A DNA stretch of 64,000 nt, from positions 40,300,001-40,364,000 of the forward strand of contig NC_043015.1 in NCBI RefSeq assembly GCF_006345805.1, in the 5' to 3' direction. The notes under the pieces are model-generated. The model was not told the DNA's origin. It saw nothing but the letters and a program-made list of their open reading frames with translations, and searched no databases. Shown here piece by piece: positions 37,866 to 50,940 of the stretch. Within the stretch, counting starts at the first letter, position 1. Every line of letters starts with the position of its first letter. The stretch comes from Octopus sinensis. Taxonomy: Eukaryota. Both the position numbers and the translations under genes were made by a program.

Positions 37866-38602
37866 CATCATCACTACCACCACCATCATCATCATCATTA
37901 TCATCATCACCATCATCATCATCATTATTACCATCATCGCCATCATCATCATCATTATTACCATCATCGCCATCATCATCATCACCACCACCACCACCAT
38001 CATCATCATCGTCGTCATTATCACTACTATCAAGACCATCGTTACCATCATCATAATCATCATTATCATCACCATCACCACCACCACCACCACCATTTCC
38101 ACCGCTGTGTCTTCAACCTCATGTCATCAGTTATCTGCATCAGGTCTGTCCAGTGATAAAGATGATAAGAGAGAAACAGTGTTGCCATAGAAACGGCACT
38201 GAACAGTTCCATGACTACCAAAGAGTACACACAACACAGATGAAGGGTTCTAATGTCTGTTTGTCCTCACTAATAACAGTCGTTGCTCTGCGTCAGTCTG
38301 TCTGTCTGTGTGTCCACTAAATACTAGTTCAATGGTTCATATTTTGCTACGGACACTCTGCGGGGTCACTCTGTTCCCCCACCAGAGATATTTCCTTCTT
38401 TCTCATGTATGTCTTTTTGTCTCTGTTTGTCCCCACTATCCATCGCTTGACAACCGGTGTTGGTGTGTTTACATCCCTGTAACTTAGTGCTTCAGTGGAA
38501 TAGGTACAAGGCTTACAAAGAATAAGTCCAGGGGTTGGTTTCTTTGACTAAAAGGTAGTGCTCCAGCATGGCCCTAGTCAAATGACTGAAACAAGTAAAA
38601 GA

Positions 38603-38634
<32 letters not shown>

Positions 38635-39566
38635 TATATATGTATATAGATAGATAGGTAGATAGATAGATAGATAGAGAGAGAGCGAAAGAGTGAGAGA
38701 GGGGATGGAGGGAGGGAGAGTTGCAGTGACCCTCAGTTGAAACTCATTTGCAATGTGAAATGGAGTGTCTTGCTGAAGGATATACTGAACCACCTGGAGC
38801 AGAAATCGAACCCATGACCTTATGTTTGTGAGCTCAACACCCTAATACCCAGGCACACACATACATACAAGCATACATGCACGTGGGCACACACAGACAT
38901 GTGTACACACGTGTGTGTGCATGTGTGTGTGTTTTCATGTGTGTATGTGTTCATGTATGTGTGCGTGTGTGTGTGCATGTATGCATGTGTGTCTGTGTGC
39001 ATGCATGTGTGTGTGTTTTCATGTGTGTATGTGTTCATGTATGTGTGCGTGTGTGTGTGCATGTATGCATGTGTGTCTGTGTGCATGCATGTGTGTGTGT
39101 GTGTACGTGTGTGTGTGTGTGCAGTCACATGTGGTCTGTAAGCATTTACTTTCTGTGCTTTGCAAGATATAAACAATCTCAAGGAATGGTGAGCTGTGAA
39201 TAGCAAAGTTTGACAATTCCCTGTCGACGAGTCATCCATTAGCCTTGCATTTTCAAAAACCCTGTGGAATTGAAAACAAATCCCTTACTTGAGAAACAGG
39301 TATGGATCAGTGACAGGAAGGGTATCCAGTTGCAAAACAGTGCCTCAATATTATGTATTCATCTAACCCATGCTAGCATTAAAAAAACAGACATAAATCG
39401 ACCCCCAGTGGGAAACTGGTACTTTATTTATCGACCCCGAAAGGATGAAAGGCAAAGTCGACCTCGGCGGAATTTGAACTCAGAACGAAATACGGCTACG
39501 CATTTCGCCCGGCTTGCTAACGTTTCTTGCCAGCTCGCCGACATAAAATGAATACACACTCACACA

Positions 39567-39597
<31 letters not shown>

Positions 39598-39679
39598 GGA
39601 GGTGTTTACCGTTTCTGTGACTCCTGTAGAAATGTCTGGTATTTATTGTTTTTTTGTTTGTTTCCGTTTCTCGTTTCAG

Positions 39680-39837
39680 CTTCGAAATCCCCAGGAAAAC
39701 TTCAAATACGCCACAGTGAAGAAGAGCGCTGTGGAGATGTATTTCAAAAGACAAGTGGAATTGTCCACCATGTATCGGACAATGGAGATGCGTAATTACA
39801 ACACCGCAGAGGAAGCTATTGATGATGTGCGGAAAGG
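39680..39837 (+). CDS. GRIN1: GluN1 coding exon 13 (S2; [22 protein letters not shown]...DDVRKG), 158 nt
   Basis: tttcag|, |gtatgt, phase 0-2. Confidence 0.96.
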
Positions 39838-40411
39838 GTATGTTGTTTGGAACTGTCCACTGTTATAGATAGGGGTGAGAGGGTTGGGTATCTATAGAGA
39901 CAGTCACACAGGCGTATATGCTCGTAGACACATGTATTTCAAGATATATGTAGGCATTCCCATATAGATAGCAACACATACATACAGAGACATAAACACA
40001 CTAAACACACACACACAAATACATAAATGCATGAGAAAATTCAGGTATGCACACTTGTGTGTGTGTGTGTATGTGTGTGTGTGTGTGTGTGTATTTGGTA
40101 ATCTGAAGTGTGAATGAGATGGATTTCTGTTAGAAGCCCATGAAACTTTAAGTCACATGGAATCAAATCAAACTTTTGAATGATACATAGACACACGCAC
40201 ACACACACATACACACACACACGCACGCGCGCGCACGCGCGCGCGCGCACGCACGCGCACACACACACATACAGAGGTACTTCTACGCAAATGCATATCT
40301 CCTGTTTATTGAACAAACACAGATATATGCGATCATATACAAACAGCTGCCCCATGTTGAAAATAATACAACATATGCCTGTTATATTCCAAGTAGTTAT
40401 GCCCACACACA

Positions 40412-40464
<53 letters not shown>

Positions 40465-41315
40465 TCACACATGCGCATGAAGCCCTTGTTGCAAGTATTA
40501 AGAGTGATGGATGTTTGTTGTCTGAAGAGAGGCCAACCTTCCATGAAACATATCAGTGTAATTTTCTTTCTTATTTTGGTTTACAAAGATAATAACAAAA
40601 TGTATTTATATTTCTTTACTTTCCACAAAGTGACCATTACAAACTTTATTCCAACTACTTTAACCCTTTTGATACCAACCCGTCTGAAACCACCTCTGGC
40701 TCTGTAGTACAAATGTCCTGTTTTCAAAAATTCCAAATTAAAATCTTCCAGCAAACCTTAGTCACAATTTTTATGTTCCTAACACTAGCTTAATGAGAAC
40801 TAAGCTATTTTACTAAATTCTTTGTTAAATTCAAAATTAATTGAAAGAAACACGGAGCATCTCAACAGAAATATGGTAAGAAAAGTGTTGAATTTAATCT
40901 TAGACTTCCTTAACATATTTCTTCAAAAGTTGGTGATTCATTCAATCCTTATTCAAAGAATGTAAAACATGATACATGCCTTCCTATTTGATTTTCATTG
41001 GTCGACATTGCTCAGCTGATAATGGTCAGAGTGAACAGCAGCTTGAGGCTAAGAGGGTTGTCGTTGATCAGTCAGAGAAGAAGTTCTAAGATACCAAATA
41101 TGGTAACAAAAGAGTCAATCAATAAACAAACGAGGAGGGATGAGTAAAATTGTGTCTTGGATTTGAAATGTTAATTGTTGTTGCTGTTGAAGTTCTGATT
41201 CTTCTGGTATTAAATTGCCTGAGACCATCCCTGGTTTTCTGGCACCGACTTCCTATCTTGAAGTGATCTAAATTAAAACCTTCCATTATTTCATGCTATG
41301 TTCTAAACACCATTT

Positions 41316-41344
<29 letters not shown>

Positions 41345-41346
<2 letters not shown>

Positions 41347-41547
41347 TACATAACAAAAACACCAGGACTTACAAACACATATAACATACAGAAAATTGCA
41401 CTACTAGGCACTGCACACATCCTACGCAGAACACTTTCCATACAATAACCATCAGAGCATCACAACAAATCACAGCACATACCCAAGGCACACAGAGCTG
41501 CGCTCGGTAGTGAAGTGAAAGCACGCTATAAAAATAAAACTACTGAG
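41345..41547 (+). mobile_element. R4/Dong-like 3' fragment
   Basis: Encodes NIQKIALLGTAHILRRTLSIQ*; flanked by (TAA)n on both sides. Confidence 0.7.
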
Positions 41548-41857
41548 TAATAATAATAAAGATAATAATAATCATTATCATCATCACCATCATTCAGCGT
41601 CTGTTGTCCATGCTGGCATGGGTTGGACTATTTGACCAGGGCTGATAAATTGAGGGGCTGCACCAGACTCCAGTCTGATTTGGCAATGTTTCTAAAGCTG
41701 GATGCCCTTCCTAATGCCAACCACTCCGAGAATGTAATGGGTGCTTTTATGTGCCACAGGTGCCAGCTGCGTGACACCAGTATCAGCCATGACTATATTT
41801 TCACTTGGCTTGATGGGTCGTCTTCTCAAGCGCTGCATATTGCCAAAGGTCTCAGTC

Positions 41858-42030
41858 ATTTAGTCGAGCAAATCGCCCCCCCCCCCCCCACCAGGACTTA
41901 TTCTTTGTAAGCCTGGTATTTATTCTATCGGTCTCTCTTGCTGAACCGCTAAGTAATGGGGACGTAAACACACCAGCACCGGTTATCAAACGATATTGGG
42001 GGAACAAACACAAACATATACATGCATACA

Positions 42031-42064
<34 letters not shown>

Positions 42065-42238
42065 CATATATTAGGAAGGGCTTCTTTCAGTTTCCATCTA
42101 CCAAATCCACTCACAAGGCTTTGGTCAGCCCGAGGCTATAGTAGAAGATATTTGCTCAAGGTGCCATGCAGTGGGACTGAACCCGGAACCATGTGGTTGG
42201 TAAGCAAGCTACTTACCACACAGCCACTCCTGCACCTA
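41858..42238 (-). mobile_element. SINE family C copy ~100 nt upstream of exon 14
   Basis: Matches 1787-2258. Confidence 0.8.
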
Positions 42239-42339
42239 TTTCATCTGTTTTCAGTAATTAAAACCTAATTAATTGTCCAAGCTTCGTTGTGAGATTTTTC
42301 AGTCCTTAACCAAATTTCGTTTCCTTTTCTTTTTTGCAG

Positions 42340-42512
42340 AAAACTTCAGGCTTTTATTTGGGATTCTTCCCGTTTAGAATTCGAAGCCGCAAATGATTGC
42401 GAACTGGTCACTGCTGGAGAACTGTTTGGACGTTCTGGCTACGGCATCGGTCTCAGGAAACACAGTCCGTGGACACAGGAGATATCGTTATCTATTCTCA
42501 GTTTCCATGAAA
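42340..42512 (+). CDS. GRIN1: GluN1 coding exon 14 (S2; [14 protein letters not shown]...[18 protein letters not shown]...SFHE), 173 nt
   Basis: ttgcag|, |gtaagt, phase 2-1; FIWDS motif. Confidence 0.96.
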
Positions 42513-42599
42513 GTAAGTTGCTTTGATAACATGACATGTGGTGATGTTGTGGTCAGTATTCAGCTCTGAATCTGTCTTTGCAGAGTTTGAGTCAGTACT

Positions 42600-42820
42600 T
42601 TAACCCTTTAGTGTTCTGATTATTCTATCAAAAATTATTGATTCACATTGATTTGAATTAATCATGCATTATCTCATATCTTCAAGATTTTGATGGTGTA
42701 ATTACTTAATGTAGAATAACATTGTAGGGTAGGTGTGAGGGCCTGGATCTGGTCAGTTTGAACATAAAACAGATTAAATATTTTGGCTGGATATGGCCAG
42801 TTTAAATACTAAAGGGTTAA
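42600..42820. mobile_element. piggyBac-like MITE, second family
   Basis: ttaa ccctttagt ... actaaaggg ttaa; partial relatives near 26790 and 43097. Confidence 0.7.
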
Positions 42821-43604
42821 GGGTTCTACAACCCTAAAATATTTGTGTTGTTGTTGTTGTTGTTAAATCCACATCTGCCATGACTGACCATTCCTATCAG
42901 CAATGGCATAATCCAACCATGACCATCCAGTCTTTATCCAATGTCGCCTTCTCTTTTTAAAATCATAGAGTGTAATTTGAGGCTGCTTTGGCATTTATTT
43001 CTGTAAGGTCAAGTGACCACATAAAGGTTCTCACTTTATCTCACATTGTTGTTGGCTGCGGCAATGGTGATGGGTGTGTGTTTCATATTGAGGGGTTTTA
43101 ACCCTTTAGCATTTAAACCGGTTATACCCATCTGTCTTTACATTCTGAGTTCAAATTCTGCCAAGGTCGACATTGCCTTTCACCCTTTTGGGTCGATAAA
43201 TTAAGTACCAATTGTGTACTAGGGTCGATCTAATCAACTGGCCCCTCCTTCAAAATTTCAGGCGTTGTGCCTAGAGTAGAATTAATTTTTTAAAAAATTA
43301 TTATTATTATTATTATCATTTAGGTGTCAAGCTGGCAGAATCATTAGCACACTGGGCAAAACGATGAGTGGCATTTTGCCTGGCTTTACGTTCTAAGTTC
43401 AAATCCCACCAAGATTGCCTTTGCTTTTCTTATCCTTTCAGGGTCTTTAAAGTACCAGGGTTGATAAAGTAAAGTACCACCCACAAAATTTCTTGTCTTC
43501 TGCGAATGTGAGAAATTACTGTTGTTGTTGTTGTTGTTATCAAGTGTTTACAAAAGAATTCTAAATGAATCTCGTTTTTTTTTTTGTTTTTCTTCCTTTG
43601 TCAG

Positions 43605-43709
43605 GTGGTTTTATGGAAGACTTAGACTCCAAGTGGATCTTAGTAGAAAGCCATAATTGTCCAGAGAGGGACTCATCACCAGCCACACTCGGACTCACCA
43701 ACATGGCAG
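43605..43709 (+). CDS. GRIN1: GluN1 coding exon 15 (SGFMEDLDSKW...PATLGLTNMA), 105 nt
   Basis: tgtcag|, |gtaaga, phase 1-1. Confidence 0.96.
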
Positions 43710-44787
43710 GTAAGATACAGACATCTTGATGCTACATGGGGGTTTCTTGGCTAATTTGGACAGTGAGTTTTTTTTTAAGGAATGTGACCATCCAGACATG
43801 TATCGTCATGTATATGCGTGTGAGTCATGTAAGACCACATGCTTATACGTATGTGTATGTATAAGTGTGTGTGCATATTCGTATGTGTGATTGGTCATGT
43901 TTATGTGTATGAGTTACATGTGGTTGTACACACATGATGGGATGCCGAAAAGTTTCTGGCTTTGGCTAAAAGAAAATACAGAAGCACCCACTACACTCTT
44001 GGGGTGGTTGGCTTTAGGTAGGGCATCCAGCTGCAGAAACTCTGCCAAATCAGACTGGGCCTGGTGCAACGCCCCAGTTTATCAGTTTTGAGTCAAACCA
44101 TCCAGGCTTCTTTCAGTCTCCATCAACCAGATCCACTCACAAAGCTTTGATCAACCCAAGATAGACGGAAACTGAAAAGAAGCCTGTCGTATATGTGGAG
44201 ACGCAATGGCCTAGTGGAGGCGCAATGGCCTAGTGGTTAGGGCAGCGGACTTGCGGTCGGAGGATCGTGGTTTCGATTCCCAGACCAGGCGTTGTGTGTG
44301 TTTATTGAGCGAAAAAACACCTAAAAGCTCCACGAGGCTCCGGCAGGAGGTGGTGATCCCTGCTGTACTCTTTCACCACTCTAAAAGGCGGTGCTCCAGC
44401 ATGGCCGCAGTCAAATGACTGAAACAAGTACAAAAAAAAAAAAAAATATATGTATATATAATATATATATATAGATATATATATATGTGTGTGTCTGTGT
44501 TTGTCCCCTCCCCCCAACATCACTTGACAACCGATAGAATAAGTACTAGGCTTCCAAAGAATAAGTCTTGGGGTCGATTTGCTTGACTAAAGGCGGTGCT
44601 CCAGCATGGCCAGTCAAATGAATGAAACAAGTAAAAGAGTAACATATATATATATTAAGTATGTGTGTGTGTGTGTATGCATATAAGCATGTATGAATGT
44701 ATATGTCTATCTTCCTTTTGTGCCACCCTTATTTCCATGTCCACTTTCCTATGCATTCTACCCGGTGTTGTTGATGTCCATTTGCAG

Positions 44788-44933
44788 GTGTGTTTATGAT
44801 GGTTGCTGGAGGTATTGTAGCTGGAGTACTACTGATCTTTGTGGAAATTTTATACAAACGGCATCGGGGCATGAAGGAGAAAGAGCTGGAGTTAGCACGC
44901 AATGCTGCGGATCGATGGCGAGGAAATATTGAG
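44788..44933 (+). CDS. GRIN1: GluN1 coding exon 16 (M4 + C0; GVFMMVAGG...[12 protein letters not shown]), 146 nt
   Basis: ttgcag|, |gtgagt, phase 1-0; no stop codon, so the CDS continues downstream. Confidence 0.96.
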
Positions 44934-45109
44934 GTGAGTCTTATTTTTCCTTTCTCTCCCCTCTGTCTTTTTCTGTCTCTCTCACTTTGTCTCTCTTCTT
45001 CCCACAGCTATATACACCAAACCTAATTATCATTCACATAGTTCCATGTACCCCAGAAAAACAACTTACCAAAGATTAAATAAAGTCAAAAAGCAAGCCT
45101 GATTGTAGC

Positions 45110-45153
45110 ACAGTCTGATGAAGGCTTATAAACCGAAACTTTGAAGTGACCAT
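45110..45153 (+). ncRNA. Decayed hammerhead motif, same design as 11598-11642
   Basis: ACAGT CTGATGA A GG cttataaa CC GAAA CT ttga AG TG ACCAT. The triplet is GUG (non-cleavable) and stem I is broken. Confidence 0.5.
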
Positions 45154-45255
45154 CACACTTCTGGTGAAAGTTTAATAAACATACTCTCCTAATTCTTCAG
45201 CATACTCTTACATTGTTTCTATATATAACTTCCCGTAAAAGCAAACATTAATACA

Positions 45256-45290
<35 letters not shown>

Positions 45291-45596
45291 GTTAATGGAA
45301 TCATGACAGTTATTCTACATCATTACAGAAGGGTATTTACATATCAACTTATTGCACAATTGCACAACAGAGTAACTATCACGGTGACCTGACAAATTGC
45401 ATGCCTCCTACACAATGAACCTATTATTAGGTTCTTTCATCTATTATTCTTTCATCATATCATATTGATGCTCTGCTTTATGGTATTGAGTACTCTGATT
45501 CTCTTTCATTACTACTAGTAATGTGTGTATGTACCTATGTGTATGGGCATTTATATAAGTATGTGTATGTGTGTGTGTGTATATATATGTGTATAT

Positions 45597-45653
<57 letters not shown>

Positions 45654-45668
45654 ATATATATGTGTATA

Positions 45669-45708
<40 letters not shown>

Positions 45709-46435
45709 TTATGTATATAAATTTTACATTAGTTCAGATATGTTTGTGACGTATAACTTCTAAATGCAATTTCATTGAAGATTACCATGAAGGAAAAATT
45801 CTTACTTACATTCACATCTACCCTTTCCCCATAAGCAAGAATCCCCACCCCAACCCCCATGCTAAACTGCAGTGAAATTGCCTTTGAAAATTTTAAACAT
45901 ATCACATACGTACTGCTTTTATGCACACACACATACACGGTATCAACCAGACCACCAGAAAGTGTTATACACCACTGATCACAATCCAATTCCATTCCTG
46001 TCTTGATTGCCATTCTTTTCTATTTTGACCCAAATTGCTTAACTAAATCCTCTTCCTATCGTTGCGGAGGCTTTCCAAATGGGTTTTTCCGATCTCTTTG
46101 ACACCACTCAGCGCTTGCATGGGTCTGCAAATCTTGTGATATGTCTGACCCAGCTTATGGCATTCTGTAATCACATCATTCACTCTGCTCCCTTCTCGAA
46201 TAATCTCATTTCAAATACATGTATATGTATAGCCATTGTTTTTCCTGTATCATTTCTTTTCCTTTGTGTGGTAAGTAGCTTGCTTACCGACCACATGGTT
46301 CCGGGTTCAGTCCCACTGTGTGGCACCTTGGGCAAGTGACTTCTACTATAGCCTTGGGCTGACCAAAGCCTTGTGAGTGGATTTGGTAGACAGGAACTGA
46401 AAGAAGCCCATCTTATATATGTATGTATGTATATC

Positions 46436-47280
46436 ATCATCATTTAGCGTCCGTTTTCCATGCTAGCATGGGTTGGACGGTTCAACTGGGGTCTGGGGAG
46501 CCCGAAGGCTGCACCAGGCCAGTCAGATCTGGCAGTGTTTCTACAGCTGGATGCCCTTCCTAACGCCAACCACTCCGAGAGTGTAGTGGGTGATTTTATG
46601 TGCCACCGACACAGGTGCCAGACGAGGCTGGCGAACGGCCACGCTCGGATGGTGTTTTTATGTGCCACCGACACAGGTGCCAGACGAGGCTGGCAGACGG
46701 CCACGCTCGGATGGTGTTTTTATGTGCCACCGACACAGGTGCCAGATGAGGCTGGCGGACGGCCACGATCGGATGGTGTTTGTTACGTCCCCAAAGCACG
46801 GAGGCCAGTCTATGCGGTACTGGCTACGGCCACGTTCGGATGATTTTCTTGTGTGCCACCGGCACTGGTACCACAAAGATACAAATTCCATTGATGTTCA
46901 TCTATTTTGATTTGTTTTGATTTGATTTGATTTTCACTTGCCTCAACAGGTCTTCACAAGTGTCACAAGAAGGAAGGTATGCACAGGTGGACTGACTACG
47001 TCCCAGGTAGGGGCCACGGGTTATGGCCTGACTAGTCTTGCCGGGTCTTCGGATGGTGGTTTTATGTGCCACCGACACAGGTGCCAGATGAGGCTGGCGA
47101 ACGGCCACGATCGGATGGTGTTTGTTGCGTGCCCACAGCACGGAGGCCAGTCGATGCGGTACTGGCTACGGCCACGTTCGGATGGTTTTCTTGTGTGCCA
47201 CCGGCACTGGTACCACAAGATACAAATTCCATTGATGTTCATCTATTTTGATTTGATTTGATTTGATTTGATTTGATATA
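46436..47280 (-). mobile_element. RTE-tailed element, minus strand, with ~53-bp tandem units and a ~370-bp internal duplication
   Basis: Repeated tgccaccgacacaggtgccagacgaggctggc units; the block ending gatacaaattccattgatgttcatc occurs twice. Further copies at ~4870-5490(-), 10800-11090(-), 24610-24850(-), 27900-28350(+), 34360-34775(+), 41580-41860(-), 43980-44100(+), 51600-51850(+). Confidence 0.65.
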
Positions 47281-47800
47281 TATATATATATATGTATGTA
47301 TATATGTTTGTATGTGTGTATATATGTTTGTCCCCCCAACATCACTTGACAATCGATGCTGGTGTGTTTACGTCCCTGTAACTTAGCTGTTTGGCAAAAG
47401 AGACCGATAGAATAAGTACTAGGCTTACAAAGAATAAGTCATGGAGTCGATTTGGTCAACTAAAGGCGGTGCTCCAGCATAGCCACAGTCAAATGACTGA
47501 AACAAGTAAAAGAGTAAAAAGTATATATATATATATATATATAATATATTATATATAATATTATATATGAACCATTATATATATAATATATAATATATAA
47601 TATGATATAATATATATATATATATATATACTTACATTATATATGAACCATTATATATATAATATAATATATATATATATAATATATAATATAATATAAT
47701 ATATATATATATATACTTACATTATTTAATAAAATGAAGTAGCATGAAACGATTGTACTACACTACCTTGGATATCCTTGTTGCTTATTTTGATTATATA

Positions 47801-47845
<45 letters not shown>

Positions 47846-48880
47846 TATACATATAGCTGTTATTCTTATTAGAAATCATCTCCAAGAGATTCCGATAGCA
47901 TTTTACTCCAAGATTAGGCGATGTCTATCAAACGACTACAACAGCAGACATGTGCAGAATATTACGATTCTAATTTGGTATAAATTGTGAATGACTCTGA
48001 GACAATGTAGACATTACATGGCCACGTGGGTGGAGGATGGGGGTAGGGGTGGGTGGGTGTAGATGTGGTGGAAAAGGAGAGAGAGAGAGAGAGAGAGAGA
48101 GCGACCCTTCTTCTTGAGGAAATGGGACAATGTAGTTTGTCAATGTGTTTTATAGAATAAGTCAATAGAATGTCTGTTGTAGATTAAGACAAACGGATCC
48201 AAACCACAGACAACGTTGGAATTGGTAAACTCATCAACATTGGCATTCCAGAAGGAATGAAGAGAAGTAGACAACCACATACAGACACCCACATACACAC
48301 ATTTGTATATACACCCACATACGTGCATATGTACACGTCCATACTTACACATTTCCAACTGCAGATACACACACATATGCCCATACACACATGCATGCAT
48401 GTATGTGCTCACATACACATTCATGCACAGCCACATGTTTCACATCCATGTAGATATGCACACATGTATGTGCACATTCATGTATGTCTACGCATACACA
48501 CTGGCTACAATCATGACATTGATATCATATTGATGATGATGATGATGATGATGACGACGATGATGATAATGATAGTAGTCGTGGTGGTTATCTTTGTTAA
48601 TGTGGTGGTGGTGATGATGATGACGACGATGATGATGATGATGGTAACAATAGTAATAGTGATGATGATCGTAGTGATGGCTGTGATGATGGTAGTGTAT
48701 GCATGTGTCCATGTGTAATGATGGTTGTGGTGGTGGTGGTGGTTGTGGTGATGGTTTGCAATGTTGTCGTGACAATGATGAGGATGATGATTACTGTGAT
48801 GAGGAGGAGGAGGAGGATGGTGCCGGTAGTGGTTAATGAAGGTGATGAAAACAGTGAGGAGGGGGATTGTGGTGGTGATG

Positions 48881-48921
<41 letters not shown>

Positions 48922-49541
48922 TGTAGTAGTAGTAGTAGTAGTAGTGATGGTAGTGTAGGAATGATGATGATGATGATGATTGCAGCAGAGTGGTGAAGAT
49001 GATGATGATGATGACAATGATGTTGATGATGATCAGATGTTACCGTTTCTTCCCAATTTCTGTATTTGCTTTCTCCTTTAACAAAGCAGCCACACCCCCA
49101 CCCACATCCCCACCCACCCCTGCACTGTTCTTTTACTTTCTTTGTTAGGGATTAGTTTTTGTTTTGTTTTTTTACTTTTGTTCAGAGTGTTTGTATCCTT
49201 GCAGATGGTGGGAGCGTGTTATTATTGCTGGGTGTCCTGTTGACAGAAGGCCCTTTTCACATATGAAAACCAGATGTGTGTATATCAGGCAATCGCAGTT
49301 GTTACAAGTGGATAAGGTGGTGGTGATGGTCATAATGGGAAAGGATTTTTTTTCTGTTTTTTTTTTTTTTTTACTAGAAGTAGGAGTGTATGCGATTTAG
49401 AGGTGGGGGTGTCAATTAAGAGACAGAATCAGGCCAGGGGGCAAGGTGGGGGTCTCAAGGTCAAACTTATTGAACTGTTGCCTATTGAATGCCTGTTGTA
49501 ATACACACACACACACACACCCTTATATAATAATCTGGTCC

Positions 49542-49573
<32 letters not shown>

Positions 49574-49805
49574 GTGGGGGTGTAAGCCAGTCTTTAGTTA
49601 AACCCCAAAGACTACAATGGGTGTGGAGTACTTGTTCTACATTGTACAACATGTATCTGATGTCAATTAGATAAAACCAGCTATTTAATTATACATTGTT
49701 AATAATGTGTTTGCTCAAACCCTTAACGACCTCCAAGTAACACACTCACAAACAACCCTGTTAACACTTTTATTGGAACAGTCCATTAATGTACATTATT
49801 TACAT

Positions 49806-50205
49806 TCTTTTACTCTTTTACTTGTTTCAGTCATTTGACTGCGGCCATGCTGGAGCACCGCCTTTAGTCGAGCAAATCGATCCCGGGACTTATTCTTTGT
49901 AAGCCCAGTACTTATTCTATCGGTCTCTTTTGCCGAACCGCTAAGTGACGGGGACGTAAACACGCCAGCATCGGTTGTCAAGCAATGCTAGGGAGACAAA
50001 CACAGACACACAAATACACACACACATACATACATATATACGACAGGCTTCTTTCAGTTTCCGTCTACCAAATCCACTCACAAGGCTTTGGTTGGCCAGA
50101 GGCTATAGTAGAAGACACTTGCCCAAAGTGCCACGTGGTGGGACTGAACCCAGAACCATGTGGTTGGTTAGCAAGCTACTTACCACGCAACCACTCCTGC
50201 GCCTA
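49806..50205 (-). mobile_element. SINE family C full copy
   Basis: Matches 1787-2258. Confidence 0.8.
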
Positions 50206-50236
50206 TTATTGATATTTGACAGACTTATTTTACTTG

Positions 50237-50553
50237 ATTCTTCATTATTTCAAAAATTAATTGCAACAAATTGCAATGTATTTCTTCAGAAGGGTTAAAG
50301 TGATCTAACTTAAGACTTTCCATCAAAATTTCACATTAGTCTAAGTTCCAGACACCAACTTAATAACGACAGAGTTTAGTTCTATATTTAAGAGATGAGG
50401 AATTGTCTACATTATTTACATTTGATGGATATTTCTCTTAATCTTGTTTGTTGTTAGCACAATGTTTCGGCTGATATACCCTCCAGCCTTCATCAGGTTG
50501 TCTTGGAGAAATTTCGAACCTGGGTTCTCATTCCTAAGGTATTTTTTTCGATG
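50237..50553 (-). mobile_element. HHR module (HHR 50456-50502) plus adjoining MITE fragment; inverted near-copy of 28855-29168
   Basis: Manual alignment shows ~14 differences over ~310 nt, including the shared junction gaactaaactctgtcgttattaagttgg. Confidence 0.8.
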
Positions 50554-50606
50554 TGTGTGCATGTTAATTGCAACTATTCTGTTCCATATATGTATGTACT
50601 TCCATA

Positions 50607-50607
<1 letters not shown>

Positions 50608-50654
<47 letters not shown>

Positions 50655-50940
50655 CATCTACCCTGTCTAGTTCTATATACGCGTGTGTATGTGTGTGTGT
50701 GTGTGTGTATGTGTGTGTGTATGCAACATCTACCCTGTCTAGTTCTATATACATGTGTGTGTGTGTGTGTGTATGTGTGTGTGTATAGCATCTACCCTGT
50801 CTAGTTCTTTATACATGTGTGTGTGTGTCTGTGTGTGTGTGTGTGTAGCATCTACCCTGTCTAGTTTTATATACGCGTGTGTGTGTGTGTGTGCAGCATC
50901 TACTCTGTCTAGTTCTATATACGTGTGTGTGTGTGTGCGT
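50608..50940. repeat. Composite minisatellite: five ~30-nt units (agcatctaccctgtctagttctatatac) separated by variable (TG)n
   Basis: Units near 50651, 50722, 50787, 50846, 50893. Confidence 0.9.

Noticed and set aside
50608-50940. CRISPR array
   Set aside because: Eukaryotic intron, spacers are (TG)n, and there are no cas genes.
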